From the NCBI GenBank assembly GCA_963741205.1, contig CAVUHW010000026.1:256001-320000 (forward strand): DNA of 64,000 nt. The letters run 5' to 3'. The DNA comes from Nitrospirota bacterium. GTDB taxonomy: Bacteria > Nitrospirota > UBA9217. Position numbers and translations under genes: made by a program. The notes beneath the pieces were generated by a model. That model had not been told where the DNA came from. It worked only from the letters and a program-made list of their open reading frames with translations, and made no database searches. Below are positions 1 through 11,318 of the stretch, piece by piece. Position 1 is the first letter of the stretch. Every line of letters begins with the position of its first letter.

Positions 1-1829
1 CGGGCGTGAACTCGTCCATGAGCGGATCGATGAGATGGAGCGGTGAGATGTACCGAAGGATGTACCGCTTGCGGCGGAACTCGTAAACGCTCTCCATCTG
101 TTGTTGATCCTCGCCGGCCTTTGTAAGCAGCTCGCGGATGATCCCTGAGTAGATCATCGAGGTATTGCCCTCTCCCGCGACGAGCGTTATGTCCTGTCCC
201 TGTTTCAGGATTTCCGTCGCCCCGGGCATATTCACGAGAGTCGGCACTTTCAATTCCCGGCAAAGCGCCGCCATGTGGCTGGTTTGAGAGCCCGTCTCGG
301 TTACAATCGCGGCGACATAGGGCATGGCCCTGACAAAGAGCGAGGAATCATGAGGAGCGACCAGGATGGCCCCTTTCGGGATGGTAGCGATATCCTCGGG
401 ATTCCTGACAATAAAGACCATGCCGGCGCCGATGCCGCGCTGGACCACCATGCCGCGGTCTTGCGCAAGAATGGGGTGGTCTGTCGTAGAAGCGGCACTC
501 ACGCCCTTTGCCGGATCGGAGGCTTGATCCGCGGCCTGAACGTTCAAGGGACGGGCCTGGAGGATAAAGATCGCGCCTTTTTTATCGACGGCCCATTCAA
601 TGTCCCGGGGACTGCCGAAGTACCGTTCGATGGTCATGGCCTGTCTTGCCAGCGTTACTATTTGTTCAGGAGTGAGACAGGGCCGCGCTTGCAGCTCGTC
701 GGGGGTCTGGACCTCGACCGTCCCGCCCTTTGCGCTGCTCACGATCATGGATTTTTTAATGCCGTAGGTTGCCCGCACGAGTTCAGGGTCCGTTCCCTTT
801 TCGAACAACGTACAGGTCTGTCTCCGTCTTGCCTTCGACGATCGCTTCTCCCAGCCCCCAGGCAGCGCTGATGATCAGCCTGTCACGGTCGCCTTCCGGT
901 GTCGTCGAATAGATGACTCCGCTCGTCTCGGCCCCGACCATGACCATGCAGCCGACCGCCATTTTGAGCGCACTGATGTCATAGCCCAGCTGTTGCTCGT
1001 AGGCGACAGCCTTGCCCGAGTAGAGGCTGGCAACCACCTTTCGGTACGCCCGCTCCACTTCCTGGAGATCCAGGGAAACATTCAGGACGGTCTTGAACTG
1101 GCCGGCAAAGGAATGGCCGCCGTCCTCCTCCCCGGCGCTGCTCCGGAGCGCGAGGAAGGAGCCGTTGTTGCGCCTGCGTATCTTGTCCAGGGCCTTCTGG
1201 ATCCTGCGGCTGACCTCCGGAGGGATTTCTCCATGAAGGATGAGCTCCTGAAGTTCCTGGAGGGCCGAGTCCGACAACGAGGAGTCCTTCGTCAGCTGTT
1301 CGATATGGCCGTCAAGGCGATTATGTTTGACGAAGGCATCAAACCCCGCGGTCGTGATGACGAAGCCGTCGGGGACCGAAAGGTGCAACTGGTTTTTTAC
1401 CTCGGCGAGGTTGGCGTTCTTGCCGCCCACGATCTGCGACACACCCCAGGGGATCTCTTCGAAAAACAGAACGGGCGCCCCTGCCGCCGGCAACGCCTCG
1501 TCCACCATGCTGCTGATCAGGGTGTCGATGTGTTCGAAGGCTTCGCGCAGCCGTTCGTACCTGCCCTGCGTGAGCGCATCGAAAGCACGGAGCGAATTCT
1601 CCATGTCGTTCCTGAGGGAGGCATAGGCCTTTTTAACGTAAACAATATCGAAGAGATAGTCGCCGCCCAGCTTTTCGCCCATGTCCGTTATGGTTTCCAG
1701 TGCGCGGTTGTTGCTTTCGAGTACACCCTTGAAGCGGTCGAATATTGCCCTGAACGCAGCGGGATCGGAAGGGAACTTCCTGCGGGAGAAGGTCCGGGAC
1801 AGGGAGGATACTATGGATTTTATGTCCAT
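1..1829 (-). CDS. PEP/pyruvate-binding domain protein (PEP synthase/pyruvate-water dikinase-like); frameshifted, 3' end beyond window
   Basis: ORF 783..1829 has GGKNANL, VPDGFVIT, ALRSSAGEEDG..SFAGQF and AWGLGEAIVEG motifs. Downstream frames give the phospho-His domain motif GSQTSHMAALCRELKVP near 190-300. Confidence 0.85.
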
Positions 1830-1945
1830 GGGGTGTTTCCTGGTCTTTCTCTTGTGTCATACCTGCGAAAGCAGGTATCCAGCCTGCACCCGGCGTCTAC
1901 TAGTGCGAGAGCACGAGTGCAGAATGGGCTTCACCATGCAAGGAA

Positions 1946-1988
1946 TGGAGCCTGCCCCAGCATGATTCTAGCCGGGGCGGGAATGACA
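1946..1988. repeat. Partial CGTC/REP-type palindromic element (right arm with nested hairpin)
   Basis: ...cctgccccagcatgattctagccggggcgggaatgaca matches the copies at 13957 and 63784 in reverse orientation. Confidence 0.6.
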
Positions 1989-2041
1989 AAAAAGGGTGCG
2001 CTCGGGGATGACGACCAAAAGAGTACGGCATCGCGCCTGCA

Positions 2042-2411
2042 TCACGCCGTGCCGAGCGCCCGTCTGATCGACTCCTTCAGTTCCTTGATCTTGACCGGCT
2101 TGGGGAAAAAGTCGTGCACGTCCCCCCGGAGCGCCTCGATCGCGGCGTCGAGATTGGCGAAGGCCGTGATCATGATCACCGTCGTGGCAGGGTAGCTCTT
2201 TTTACGGTCCGGAGCACCTCCATGCCGTCGATGCCCTTCATCTTGTAATCGGTCACGACAACGTGGAATTTTTTTTCCTTCAGCCGCGTCAGCGCCGGCT
2301 CGGCATTCAGAAAGGTCTCGACCTCGTAGCCTTCCTGTTCGAGCGACAATTTCGCCATGTCGCCCACGATCTTCTCATCGTCAATGACCATGATGCTGTA
2401 TCATTATCCAT
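2042..2411 (-). CDS. Single-domain response regulator (REC), frameshifted
   Basis: VIDDEKIVG...VVTDYKMKGIDGMEVL, then VIMITAFANLDAAIEALRGDVHDFFPKPVKIKEL in a shifted frame. Confidence 0.9.
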
Positions 2412-2430
2412 TATTGCTTGTCTCCTCTTT

Positions 2431-3836
2431 TTACGCATGACTCATGAACATGGGCAGCTCGATGGTAAAGGTCGTGCCGACCCCCACTTTGCTCTCCACC
2501 CTGATCTCGCCTTTATGGTTTTTTATGATGCCGTAGCTGACCGAAAGCCCCAGGCCCGTCCCGCCCTCGCCCTTGGTGCTGAAAAAGGGATCGAAGATGT
2601 GCGGCAGGAACTCGGGGGGTATGCCCTTGCCCGTGTCCATCACCGTGATCTCGACGGAATCCCCGCCCTTCCCTGGCCGTCGACGCGATAAACAGCCTTC
2701 CTCCCGCGGTCATGGCCTGGACGGCGTTCGTGATGAGATTGACGAGCACCTGCTGGATCTGGTGCTCGTCGATGAACAGATGCGGCAAGCCCGCTGTCCA
2801 GATTCACCATGGTCTCGATATTCGACACATCGATCATGTTCTGGACCAGCGTGAGCGTCTTCTGGATCACGCTGTTGATGTCCGCTTCTTTCGGGTTGCG
2901 CGTCCTTGGGCTTCGAAAAGTCCAGAAGGTTCTTGACGATCTTGCGGATTCGCTCGGTTTCCGCGTCCACCTTGTTCATGAACTCCGATCCGGTCCTTTT
3001 CGCTCAGCTTCGGCGTACAGCTCCGCATAGGTCTGGGCGATCATGGAGATATTGTTCAGGGGATTGGTGATCTCATGCGCGACGCCGGCAGTGAGGATGC
3101 CGAGGGAGGCGAGCTTCTTGGACTGGATGATCTCTTCTTCCCGGTGCGCCAGCTCCTCGGACATGGAATTGATCGCCGTGATGACCGAGCCAAGCTCGTC
3201 CCTGGACTGGAAGCCTTCGATCCGGTTGAAGTTGCCCTCGGAGATGGACTTGGTCAGCTTTTCGATCTGCCCTGAGCGAGCGCACGATCTTCTGCGAGAT
3301 GAAATGGCTGATCAAAAGCGCCGAAACCAGGATGGCCCAGAAGGAAAAGATCAGGATGTGCTTCGAGCTCAGGATGATGTCGTTCACGCGTTTTCGCTCG
3401 AGACGCGTGATGGAATCGGAATATTCCTTCAGTTTCCTCCCCGCCGCCCGGATACTCGCCTCCAGCTCGGGGTCCTGGAGGCTCTTGCGGTCCGCTTCCT
3501 CGATGACCTTCGATAGAACTTCAGATGGGATTCGAGCTGCCTGAGGTCGGTCTCTCCGATCGCCCGGATGATGTCGTCTTTCGCGGCCTTGATGGTCTCC
3601 TGCGTGGCAAGGATCTTTTCCTGGATCTCGGCGAGCGCTTTTTTGTCATGGTACAGGAAATAATTCTTCTCCGACAGCCTCATTTCGAGGAAGGACGCGT
3701 TCAGATCATCGGCGATCTCCACGAACCGGAGCTTCGTCAGTACCAGGCTCATGTTCTGAAAGGCGAAAAAGCCGATCAGGATGATGAAGGCGCCGTTGAT
3801 GATGTTCGATATGATGAGTTTGTTTTCTATTTTCAT
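2431..3836 (-). CDS. Membrane HAMP-domain sensor histidine kinase, split by several indels
   Basis: N-terminal TM and periplasmic domain, second TM, H-box [13 protein letters not shown]-box [14 protein letters not shown]-boxes DTGKGIP and GTGLGLS in successive fragments. Confidence 0.9.
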
Positions 3837-3873
3837 TGTGCGGCCACTTGCTGTGATCAGATAATATTTTGAT

Positions 3874-4019
3874 CGTCATTCCCGCGAAAGCGGGAATCCA
3901 GCGACTTCCCAGACTAAGACACATCCTGCACTCGCGCTGCCGCACACCCTGCATTCGCGGCGTAGCTCTCATGATCGCTGCTCGTCTGCATTTCCCGATA
4001 GAAGCATTCGGGAATGACG
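3874..4019. repeat. CGTC-tagged REP doublet (dRS3-like ATTCCC-N8-GGGAAT core)
   Basis: cgtcattcccgcgaaagcgggaatcca ... ttcccgatagaagcattcgggaatgacg form inverted arms. Confidence 0.85.
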
Positions 4020-4020
4020 T

Positions 4021-5262
4021 TTAGCACTCACATCGGCACCGGGACTCCGGGATCTCCGCCTGTTCCTTCCTGACCGGCAAATACCACAGGAGGCCGTCCA
4101 CGGCCATGAAGACGCCGGCCGCAATCAGAAGGACATCGAAGGCGGTAAGCAGGCTGAACCCGAAATAGTGCATAAGCCCGAGCCCGACGCTCGTAAAGGA
4201 CACGCCGGTCCGGATAAACGCCAGACCCGTCCGCGCGCGGGCGTAGATCGTGCGGTAGCAGGCGGCCACGGTGCGCTGCGCCGCGAGCACGTTCCGTCGC
4301 CGCGCCAGGTGCGTGCGTTCCCTGCTGGCCGGCTGAGGGATAGAGAATGGTGCTGTAGCCGCCGATGCAGTCGCCAAGCCGGGCGAGCATGGTCCCCTTC
4401 GTCGGCCGCTCGATGCTGCAGTGGTCAAGGTCGTGGTAATTCTCAAGGAACTGCATGGTCGCCGACGTCACCTCAATGAGCGTCTGGTGGCCCGGCGTGC
4501 TCATCCTTGTTCTCCGCACGTTGAGATACCCGGTCAGCCCGAAGACGCCAAGGACCGCGCCCGCCGCGATCATCAACCAGTAGAAGACGGGGAGGATGGC
4601 GCCTGTCTGGCGGGTCCTCATGAGCACGATCGGACAGGGCGATGAGGCCCAGCCCCCAGCGGAGGATGGCGAGGTCCGTCCTGCCCTTGGCCAGATCGTT
4701 CCGGTAGCAGGCGAGCCTCGTCCTCCAGTGGGCCATGGTATTGCGCCAGAAGGCGAGGCCCGTCCGCTCCGTCCCGATCAGAAGGCCGGGTTTCGCATGC
4801 AGGTAATCCTGGATGAACCACTGGATATCTTCTTCGAGCGCCACCCAGAATTCATACCTCTCGGCCTTGATGGAGCGTCTTGACCTCCTCGAACATACCG
4901 CGGGTCCTGCGGGTTTGCCGCGGCTATAACAACCGTGTCGCCGTCATGGATGATCGGGAACCACTGGCTGAAGGAAAGCCGCTCGCTGTCGAGGCCCTCC
5001 AGGAAGTTCGGGAGGGATGGGCATCCGCTCGTCATATTCCACAAAGGGGCAGTTATAGTATTCCGACAGCGCAGCCAGGAGGTCCTTTTTCGCAACACCG
5101 TACTCCCGCATCAGGACCTGCTCGAGCTCGATGCCGCGGGCAACGGCAGTGCGTTCCGCGGCTCGCAGCCCGGCCTCCGTCAAAACGCCCCAGTCGAGCA
5201 GAATAAGGAACCGTTCGGCCTGCTGCCTCGGATTCTATATCATATGCGATCTTAGACGTCAT
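4021..5262 (-). CDS. GspE/PilB N-terminal (T2SSE_N/MshEN-like) domain plus 2 DUF202-like membrane repeats (paralog B), frameshifted
   Basis: Joined fragments: LLAALSEYYNCPFVEYDE..WFPIIHDGDTVVIAAANPQD, then two [LAxxRT]n-G+2TM repeats. Start overlaps the 3' end of paralog A. Confidence 0.75.
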
Positions 5263-6901
5263 CGTGACTGAACACCGCCTTTTTCCATGATCGGGCGGGC
5301 TTGCCGTAATCCGGGACCGCGATCTCCATTTCGCCGTAACAATAGGGAAACTGTTCCCGCGTGCGTTCGGCCGGAATATGCCAGAAGAGCCCGTCGGCGA
5401 TAAAGAGCAGTGCCCGCAATGATCATCGCTGCGTCGAAGACGGTCCAGAGGACATTTCCGGTCCCGAAATACACCAGGAGCCCCAGACCCACGGCTGAGA
5501 TGCTCATCCCCGTTCTGAGGAGCGCCATCCCCGTCCTGGAACGGGCCATGACCGTCCTCAGCCGGGCCATGACGTTTCGCCGTCTCCGCAAGGAGCGTGC
5601 GCTCCAGGGCAAGGCCCGTCGTGGCCCATATCCCGGGCGAGGCAAACCCCTTGACAGGGGGAGCTGTCCGCAAGGGGCTCGGAGCCGTCATGCCTGAACC
5701 GGGGAGGGAACACAACATCCCAGATGCCGGACTTATGCTCCGTTCTCTTGACGGCCTCACTGCTCTCCCGGCCCGCGCGGCGTCCGGGAAGATACCAGTA
5801 AAAACCCTCCGCCACCATCAGTGATCCCTGCAAGGATAAGCGCCGCGTCCGCAATGCTCCAGGGCCCGGCAGGGAACTGCCTGAGGAGGGCGACACCGAG
5901 CCCGATAAAGGCGAACCCCGTGCGCGTAAACGAAAGCCCCGTGCGCGACCGCGCCATGAGCGTCCGGTAGCACGCGAGCGCCGTGCGTTCTTCGGCAAAG
6001 TCCGTGCGGTCGCTTGCCAGGAACCTCCGCCGCATGACCGGAGAAAGGCTGTTCCACCCGCTCCGGAGCTCGTCCGCGCCCGGCGACCTCGGCGCTCCTC
6101 AGGAAAGACCGGATCGTCGCCGGGGTTTGACACTTCGAGCACCGTCGTCCCGCCCGTAGGCTCCGTTGATCCGCAGACGACCAGCTTCTTCCCGACCCTG
6201 CGGGCGGGCAGGTACCACTTGAAGCCGTCTACGGCCATGACGAGCCCGTGACGCGAACAGGAGCCCTTCGACGACAGTCAGATATCCAAGGCCGAAGACC
6301 CTGAACAGGACGAGCGAGATCGTGATGAAGGAGACGCCGGTGCGGAGGAAGGCAAGCCCCGTCCTGCCCTTCGCAAGCGAGGTCCGATAGGAGGCAAGCA
6401 TCGAACGCCGGTCCGCGAGAAAGGTGCGGACCTTGGCAAGCGGCGTCCTGCCGCCGGCGGGGGGAAGCCGGGATTGAGGTCCTGATTGTGTTCTATGATC
6501 CTGACGAGGTCCGACGGAAGGGCGACTTTGAAGTCGATCTGACTTACACCGAGGGTCTTCCGTACATCATCCAGCACGGCCGGATCGTCGGGACGGCAGG
6601 CGATGACCTCGGCGCTGTCCCCTGTGATCGACAGGGGAAGCCAGAGCGCGCGTTTGAGCCGCTCCATGTCCATCCGCCGTGTGATCTGCTGAGAAACGAT
6701 GACACTTTCGTCATACTCCACGAAGGGGACGCCGTAGTATTCCCCGAGACAGAAGAGGACCTCATGCCTCGGCACTCCCCTCCGGAGAAGCAATTCCTCG
6801 ACAGGAAGGGACGATTCGCCTGCATCACGGACTACGCTCTCCAGGTCCTGCGCGGAGATCTCGCCGCGGCTGACGAGCCTATAATATTTACTTTGCTCCA
6901 T
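5252..6901 (-). CDS. GspE/PilB N-terminal (T2SSE_N/MshEN-like) domain plus 3 DUF202-like membrane repeats (paralog A), frameshifted
   Basis: VLFCLGEYYGVPFVEYDE..WLPLSITGDSAEVIACRPDD, followed by three repeats such as FAEERTALACYRTLMARSRTGLSFTRTG+2TM..DG.WYLP. Confidence 0.75.
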
Positions 6902-6916
6902 ACGGATATAATACCA
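6902..6916 (-). promoter_or_regulatory. Extended -10 (TGgTATTAT) 6 nt upstream of ATG; putative leaderless promoter
   Basis: Minus strand reads tgg-TATTAT-atccgt-ATG with no Shine-Dalgarno. Confidence 0.5.
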
Positions 6917-6967
6917 CGTGGCGGGAACACCGTATCAAAGGAACGCCGTGCAGGAACGTGCGGAGGA

Positions 6968-7157
6968 TCAGGACTTCTTTTCTTCCTTATTATCCAGCGA
7001 AGGGGCATCCTGGCCGTCTTTCATGGCCTTTCTTGAACTCCCGGATGCTCTTGCCGAGCCCCTCTCCGAGCTCCGGGAGTTTTCCTGGTCCGAAGATGAT
7101 CAGGACGATCAGAAGTATCAGGATCAGGTGCATCGGCTGCATTAAACCTTCGAACAT
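6968..7157 (-). CDS. tatA: Twin-arginine translocase TatA/E subunit (1-nt indel)
   Basis: [43 protein letters not shown], translated manually; absent from the ORF track. Confidence 0.9.
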
Positions 7158-7177
7158 GATCTTGCTCCTTTATTTCC

Positions 7178-7600
7178 TCACAACCCGACGACATACACCG
7201 GGCAGGTCGCTCGGTCGATCACCTTCTCCACGATGTGATCGCCGAAAAGCCTGGTGAAGATGCCCTTTTTCTTCTTCGATCCCATGATGATGAGGTCGCA
7301 TTTTTCCTCTTCCGCGACCTCGACGATCCTGTCCGGCACGTCCCCTGACTCCAGCCGCGTCTTGACCATCGCGCCCTCGGCCTTCGCGATCTTGTTGATA
7401 TCGGAGACGGCCTGGGCCCCGCCGTCGTCCAGCACGTCGTTCAGGTTCTTGATGCCGGTCAGGTTCAGGTCGCCCTCGAACGGCTGGACCACCTTCACGA
7501 CGGTGATCCAGGTCCGCTCGTCCTGGGCCAGCTTGATCCCCTGCTTCAGGACTTCCTTGGAACCATTCAGCGCGATAAGAACTTTTCTATAGCCTTTCAT
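7178..7600 (-). CDS. Universal stress protein (single USP domain)
   Basis: YRKVLIALNGS..GDVPDRIVEVAEEEKCDLIIMGS..ATCPVYVV. Confidence 0.93.
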   Translation of the reverse strand: MKGYRKVLIALNGSKEVLKQGIKLAQDERTWITVVKVVQPFEGDLNLTGIKNLNDVLDDGGAQAVSDINKIAKAEGAMVKTRLESGDVPDRIVEVAEEEKCDLIIMGSKKKKGIFTRLFGDHIVEKVIDRATCPVYVVGL

Positions 7601-7727
7601 GTCGGTTCACTCCTTCATACTGAACTATCGAAAGTACGTTACTGGATACTGATGCTATACTGCTCTAGACATCGGATGCGGAATTGCCAACTTATTTCAT
7701 CACATCCTGATCGATCCTCCGCTGCAT

Positions 7728-8592
7728 CTACTTCGCGATCAATATCGGGCACGTGGCATAGGCGATGACCCGCTCCGCCGTGCTCCCCATGATCGCCTTG
7801 TCCACGCCGCTCCATCCGTGGGTCCCCACGACGATCAGATCATGCTTCATCGTGTCGGCGATCTCCACGATCTTGTCGCCGGCGTGGCCTTCCTGCACGA
7901 CCGCCTTGATCTCCACCCCAAGCGCCGAGGCGAGCTTTTTCGCCCCTTCTACGATCTTCTCCGCCTCCTGGAAAAGGCTTTTCTTGACGGACTCGGTCTT
8001 GAAGAAGTCCATCATTTCCTCGTAGCGGGGGATCACATAGAGGACTGACACCTCTGCGCCGTCCACCTTCGACAGTTCGCAGGCCCGCGTCAGCGCCTTC
8101 TTGCTCGATTCGGAGCCGTCAAAGGGGACCAGCAGGGAATGGTAGCTCCCGGTGCATTTGGAGCACGGCTTCTTCACCACCAGCACGTCGCAGGGCGAAT
8201 TCAGGATGACCTGCGAGGTCACGCTGCCCATGAGCAGCCGTTTGAGGCCCTTCCTCCCGTAGGTCCCGAGGGCGATCAGGTCCGCGTTGTTGCCTGAGCG
8301 CCGTTTCCACGATCACCTGGGGCGGCTCGCCTTCGCACACGAGGGATTCGACATTTCCGTTCAGGCCGAACTCGGATTTGATGTCGTTCTTCGCCAGCCG
8401 GCATACCTGCGTGCCGATCTCGAACCGCCTTTCCATCTGCGACGGCAGGATGGCGAACTCCTCCTGGTCGAAGTACACCGCATGGACCAGATGGAGTTTC
8501 CCGCCGTGATTTTTCACCCAGAGCGAGGCTTCCTTCAAGGCCGCCTTGCTCGATACCGACTCATCATATCCGACGACAATGGAGTTGTACAT
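7728..8592 (-). CDS. Tandem-domain universal stress protein, frameshifted
   Basis: MYNSIVVGYDES..GEPPQVIVE, then MGSVTSQVILNSPCDVLVV..GSTAERVIAYATCPILIAK. Confidence 0.9.
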
Positions 8593-9401
8593 TAATGAGA
8601 ACCTCCGCCTTTCCTGAACACCAGGCTCACGCCGAAACCCGCTCCCAGCGCGATGCCGATGGAGAGGATACCGTAGAACGCCGGCGTTGTTCTTCGCCAT
8701 GGTAGCGAGCGTCTTGACCATGCCGACCTGCTCGACGTTCACCTTGGACTCGGCCTGCTCCACGACCTTGCCGTTCTTTACCGCATAGACCGTGACCAGA
8801 TAGTCGCCGGGCGCGGCCTGATAGGGCCAGTCGGTCAGAATGTAATATTCCTGCCGCCCGTCGGCGTTCGTCTTTGTCTCGATCTTTCCGAACGATGTGG
8901 CGTAGACGTGCGAATCTTCCTTGAACTTCACGAACTCATCGAACCATTTGGCCTTTTCTTCCTCGTTCGCGACCGGGGTTATCTCAACATGTTTCTCCAG
9001 GGCGGGGTATCCGATCGTATATTTTTCCAGTTCTTCCCTGCTCAGGATATCTTCCAGGCTTTTTCGTGCTGAAGACCGCGTAGAAGTTCGGGACATGCTC
9101 GAACTTCAGGGTCCCCACGTTCATCCAGAGCATGCCGCCCGACCTTGCCCTTCTGCTTCAGCGTCTGGTGCCCTTCGGGGGCGGTTATCTTGATGACCAG
9201 GTCCACGCCCGGATCCGACTCGCCGCGGACGCTCACGGTGCTGCCGTGATAGAAGAAGTCGATGGTGATGTGGTCATGGTTCGCCCTTGCCGTCAGCATG
9301 GCCGACGCCGTTCCCGCAAACCCGAAGGATAAGAACCAGTGCCAATACGGCGATTGCCGTAATTCCCCGATTTCGTGATTCCGCATTCCGAACTTCTTCA
9401 T
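8592..9401 (-). CDS. TIGR02186-family transmembrane protein (TSUP partner), frameshifted
   Basis: Signal peptide, ITIDFFYHGSTVSVRGE, LKQKGKV.G..WMN and a C-terminal TM; directly after the TSUP gene. Confidence 0.8.
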
Positions 9402-10330
9402 TTAATGTCCTCCCGCCTGCGATATGAGTAATGACGGTGTCAAGGTAAGTTCGAAAACGATCTTCACGGTCACGGCGAGCACGATCCCCGCGAGAAGGAT
9501 CTTGAGCTGGTCGGCCTTGAGCTTCCGGCCGAACACCGCTCCGATCTGGGCGCCGACGGTGGAACCCGAGGAGCAGCAGCACCGCCAGCACGAAATCCAC
9601 GCTGTGGTTCGTATAGGCCTGCAGGAACGTCACCTCGATGCAGGTGAAGAGGATCTGGAACAGGCTCGTTCCGACGACCACATGCATCGGCATCCGGAGC
9701 ATATAGACCATGATCGGCACCATCAGGAACCCGCCGCCCACGCCCATGATCGCGGCAAGCACGCCCACGAACGCTCCCGAGAACGATCGGCACGAGGACG
9801 GAATGGGTGATGCCGGACTTCTCGAAACGGGTCTGGAGCGGGAGCGACTTCAGGAACCTGCCCACGGCCGATTCTTTCTCTTCCTTTACCTCAACGGCCT
9901 GCGCGCCCTTTTTCTTCTTCATGCTCTGGAGGCTTTCGATGAACATGTAGCCGCCGACGATGCCGAGCATGAGCATATAGGTCATCTTGATCACGAAATC
10001 GGCGTTGCCCATGGCATGGAGCAGCTTGATCGCCTGAACGCCGACGATGCCGCCCAGGAAACCGCCTACCAGAAGGTAAAGCCCCATCTTGAAATCGACG
10101 TTGCCGACCTTCCAGTGCGCATAGGTGCCGGACGTAGACGCGGCCACGATCTGGTTCGAGTCGGTCGCCGCCGCCACGGTCGAAGGAATGCCGAACATGA
10201 TGAGAAGCGGCGTCATGAGAAAGCCTCCGCCCACGCCGAACAGGCCGGAAAGCAGCCCCACGGCAAGCCCGAGCCCCACAGGGACCAGGATATTGATACT
10301 TGTCAATGCCACCGGTAAATACAAATGCAT
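9402..10330 (-). CDS. Sulfite exporter TauE/SafE (TSUP) family transporter, frameshifted
   Basis: MHLYLPVA..GLLSGLFGVGGGFLMTPLL and second repeat AAIMGVGGGFLMVP..VVGTSLFQI. Confidence 0.92.
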
Positions 10331-10441
10331 TGTCTCAACTCCTTTTCTTCGAATTTAAAATACGGTGCTCTTTTCAGCCGCCGTTCTCCGCACAAACGGT
10401 TAGTTTTTTTTGTAATACCCTTAATGATAAAGTTCAGTAGG

Positions 10442-10936
10442 CTACGCCATCGCGGCCTGTCTCGTCATGGTCACGATCGGACGCGACGCCGTCCGGACAA
10501 GACGGTTCAGGTCCTTGGCTGAAACATTGCCATTGCCGGTCACGGCGGGGCTCAGCACGACCTTGTCGATTCCCGCATGGTTCTTGAGAAACGTCCGGAT
10601 GCCCGATACCGCATCGAGGTCCGTTTCCTGAACGCCCACCTGGATGCCTTCCCGTCGGCATTTATCCATGAGCACGGAGAGCAGCTTTTCATACTGCCGG
10701 CCGGAATCGGCGGAATCGCCCGACATAATCTCGCGCGCCGTCACGTGCTCATCTGCCTCGGCAAAGCTCACGGCCGTCATCAGGTCCCCGAGCCTGTCCA
10801 TGAGCTTGCTCTTCTTCTGAACCATAAGAAGCGTGATGTCCTCGTACATCGCCTTGGCCAGTTCGATTGCATACGATACGCCCTCTTCCAGATTCTCATC
10901 CCGGTAGGTGACGAACAGCAACTGCCTCTTTCCCAT
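10442..10936 (-). CDS. Hypothetical protein, degenerate USP-like alpha/beta fold
   Basis: MGKRQLLFVTY..EGVSYAIELAK..RPIVTM; aggagg RBS; first gene after the sigma54 site. Confidence 0.7.
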   Translation of the reverse strand: MGKRQLLFVTYRDENLEEGVSYAIELAKAMYEDITLLMVQKKSKLMDRLGDLMTAVSFAEADEHVTAREIMSGDSADSGRQYEKLLSVLMDKCRREGIQVGVQETDLDAVSGIRTFLKNHAGIDKVVLSPAVTGNGNVSAKDLNRLVRTASRPIVTMTRQAAMA

Positions 10937-10978
10937 TGTAGTGGCCTCCTTTAAATTCGGAATACTGCCATGGTTAAT

Positions 10979-10995
10979 AGCAACTGTGATGCCAA
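10979..10995 (-). promoter_or_regulatory. Sigma54 (-24/-12) promoter
   Basis: TTGGCATCACAGTTGCT matches TGGCAC-N5-TTGC spacing. Confidence 0.8.
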
Positions 10996-11318
10996 TGCAT
11001 AACATGTTGTAATTACGAGGGAATATGCGTGGAGGCTTTTTTATCGCCGTTTCATATTTGAACGCACGTGAAACACTGCAGGATAGACGAGTAGGGAGAA
11101 CAGGTGGTGAAAAGAGGCGGAAGGCCTTTGTTTGCAGGCTTAAACTCTGTGATAAAAAAACCGGCCTGACACGGGAAGGGAATTTTCACCCGTCATTTCG
11201 TGTTTCAATATGGAACAGGAAACTGCTTTGCAATTGTAAAATTATCTGGTAGGATGGAAAAACGATCTTGACGCGGATACAAAGAGGACTAAAGAAGGCT
11301 TAATTTTGAGAGGAAACC

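Noticed and set aside
993-2195. Long antisense ORFs (also 46760..48094, 56649..57806, 27998..29140, 37887..38933)
   Set aside because: Shadow frames of real GC-rich genes on the opposite strand, with no recognisable motifs.
4021-6901. Type II secretion / type IV pilus ATPase genes
   Set aside because: Only the N-terminal domain is present; no Walker A/B motifs and no gsp/pil neighbours.
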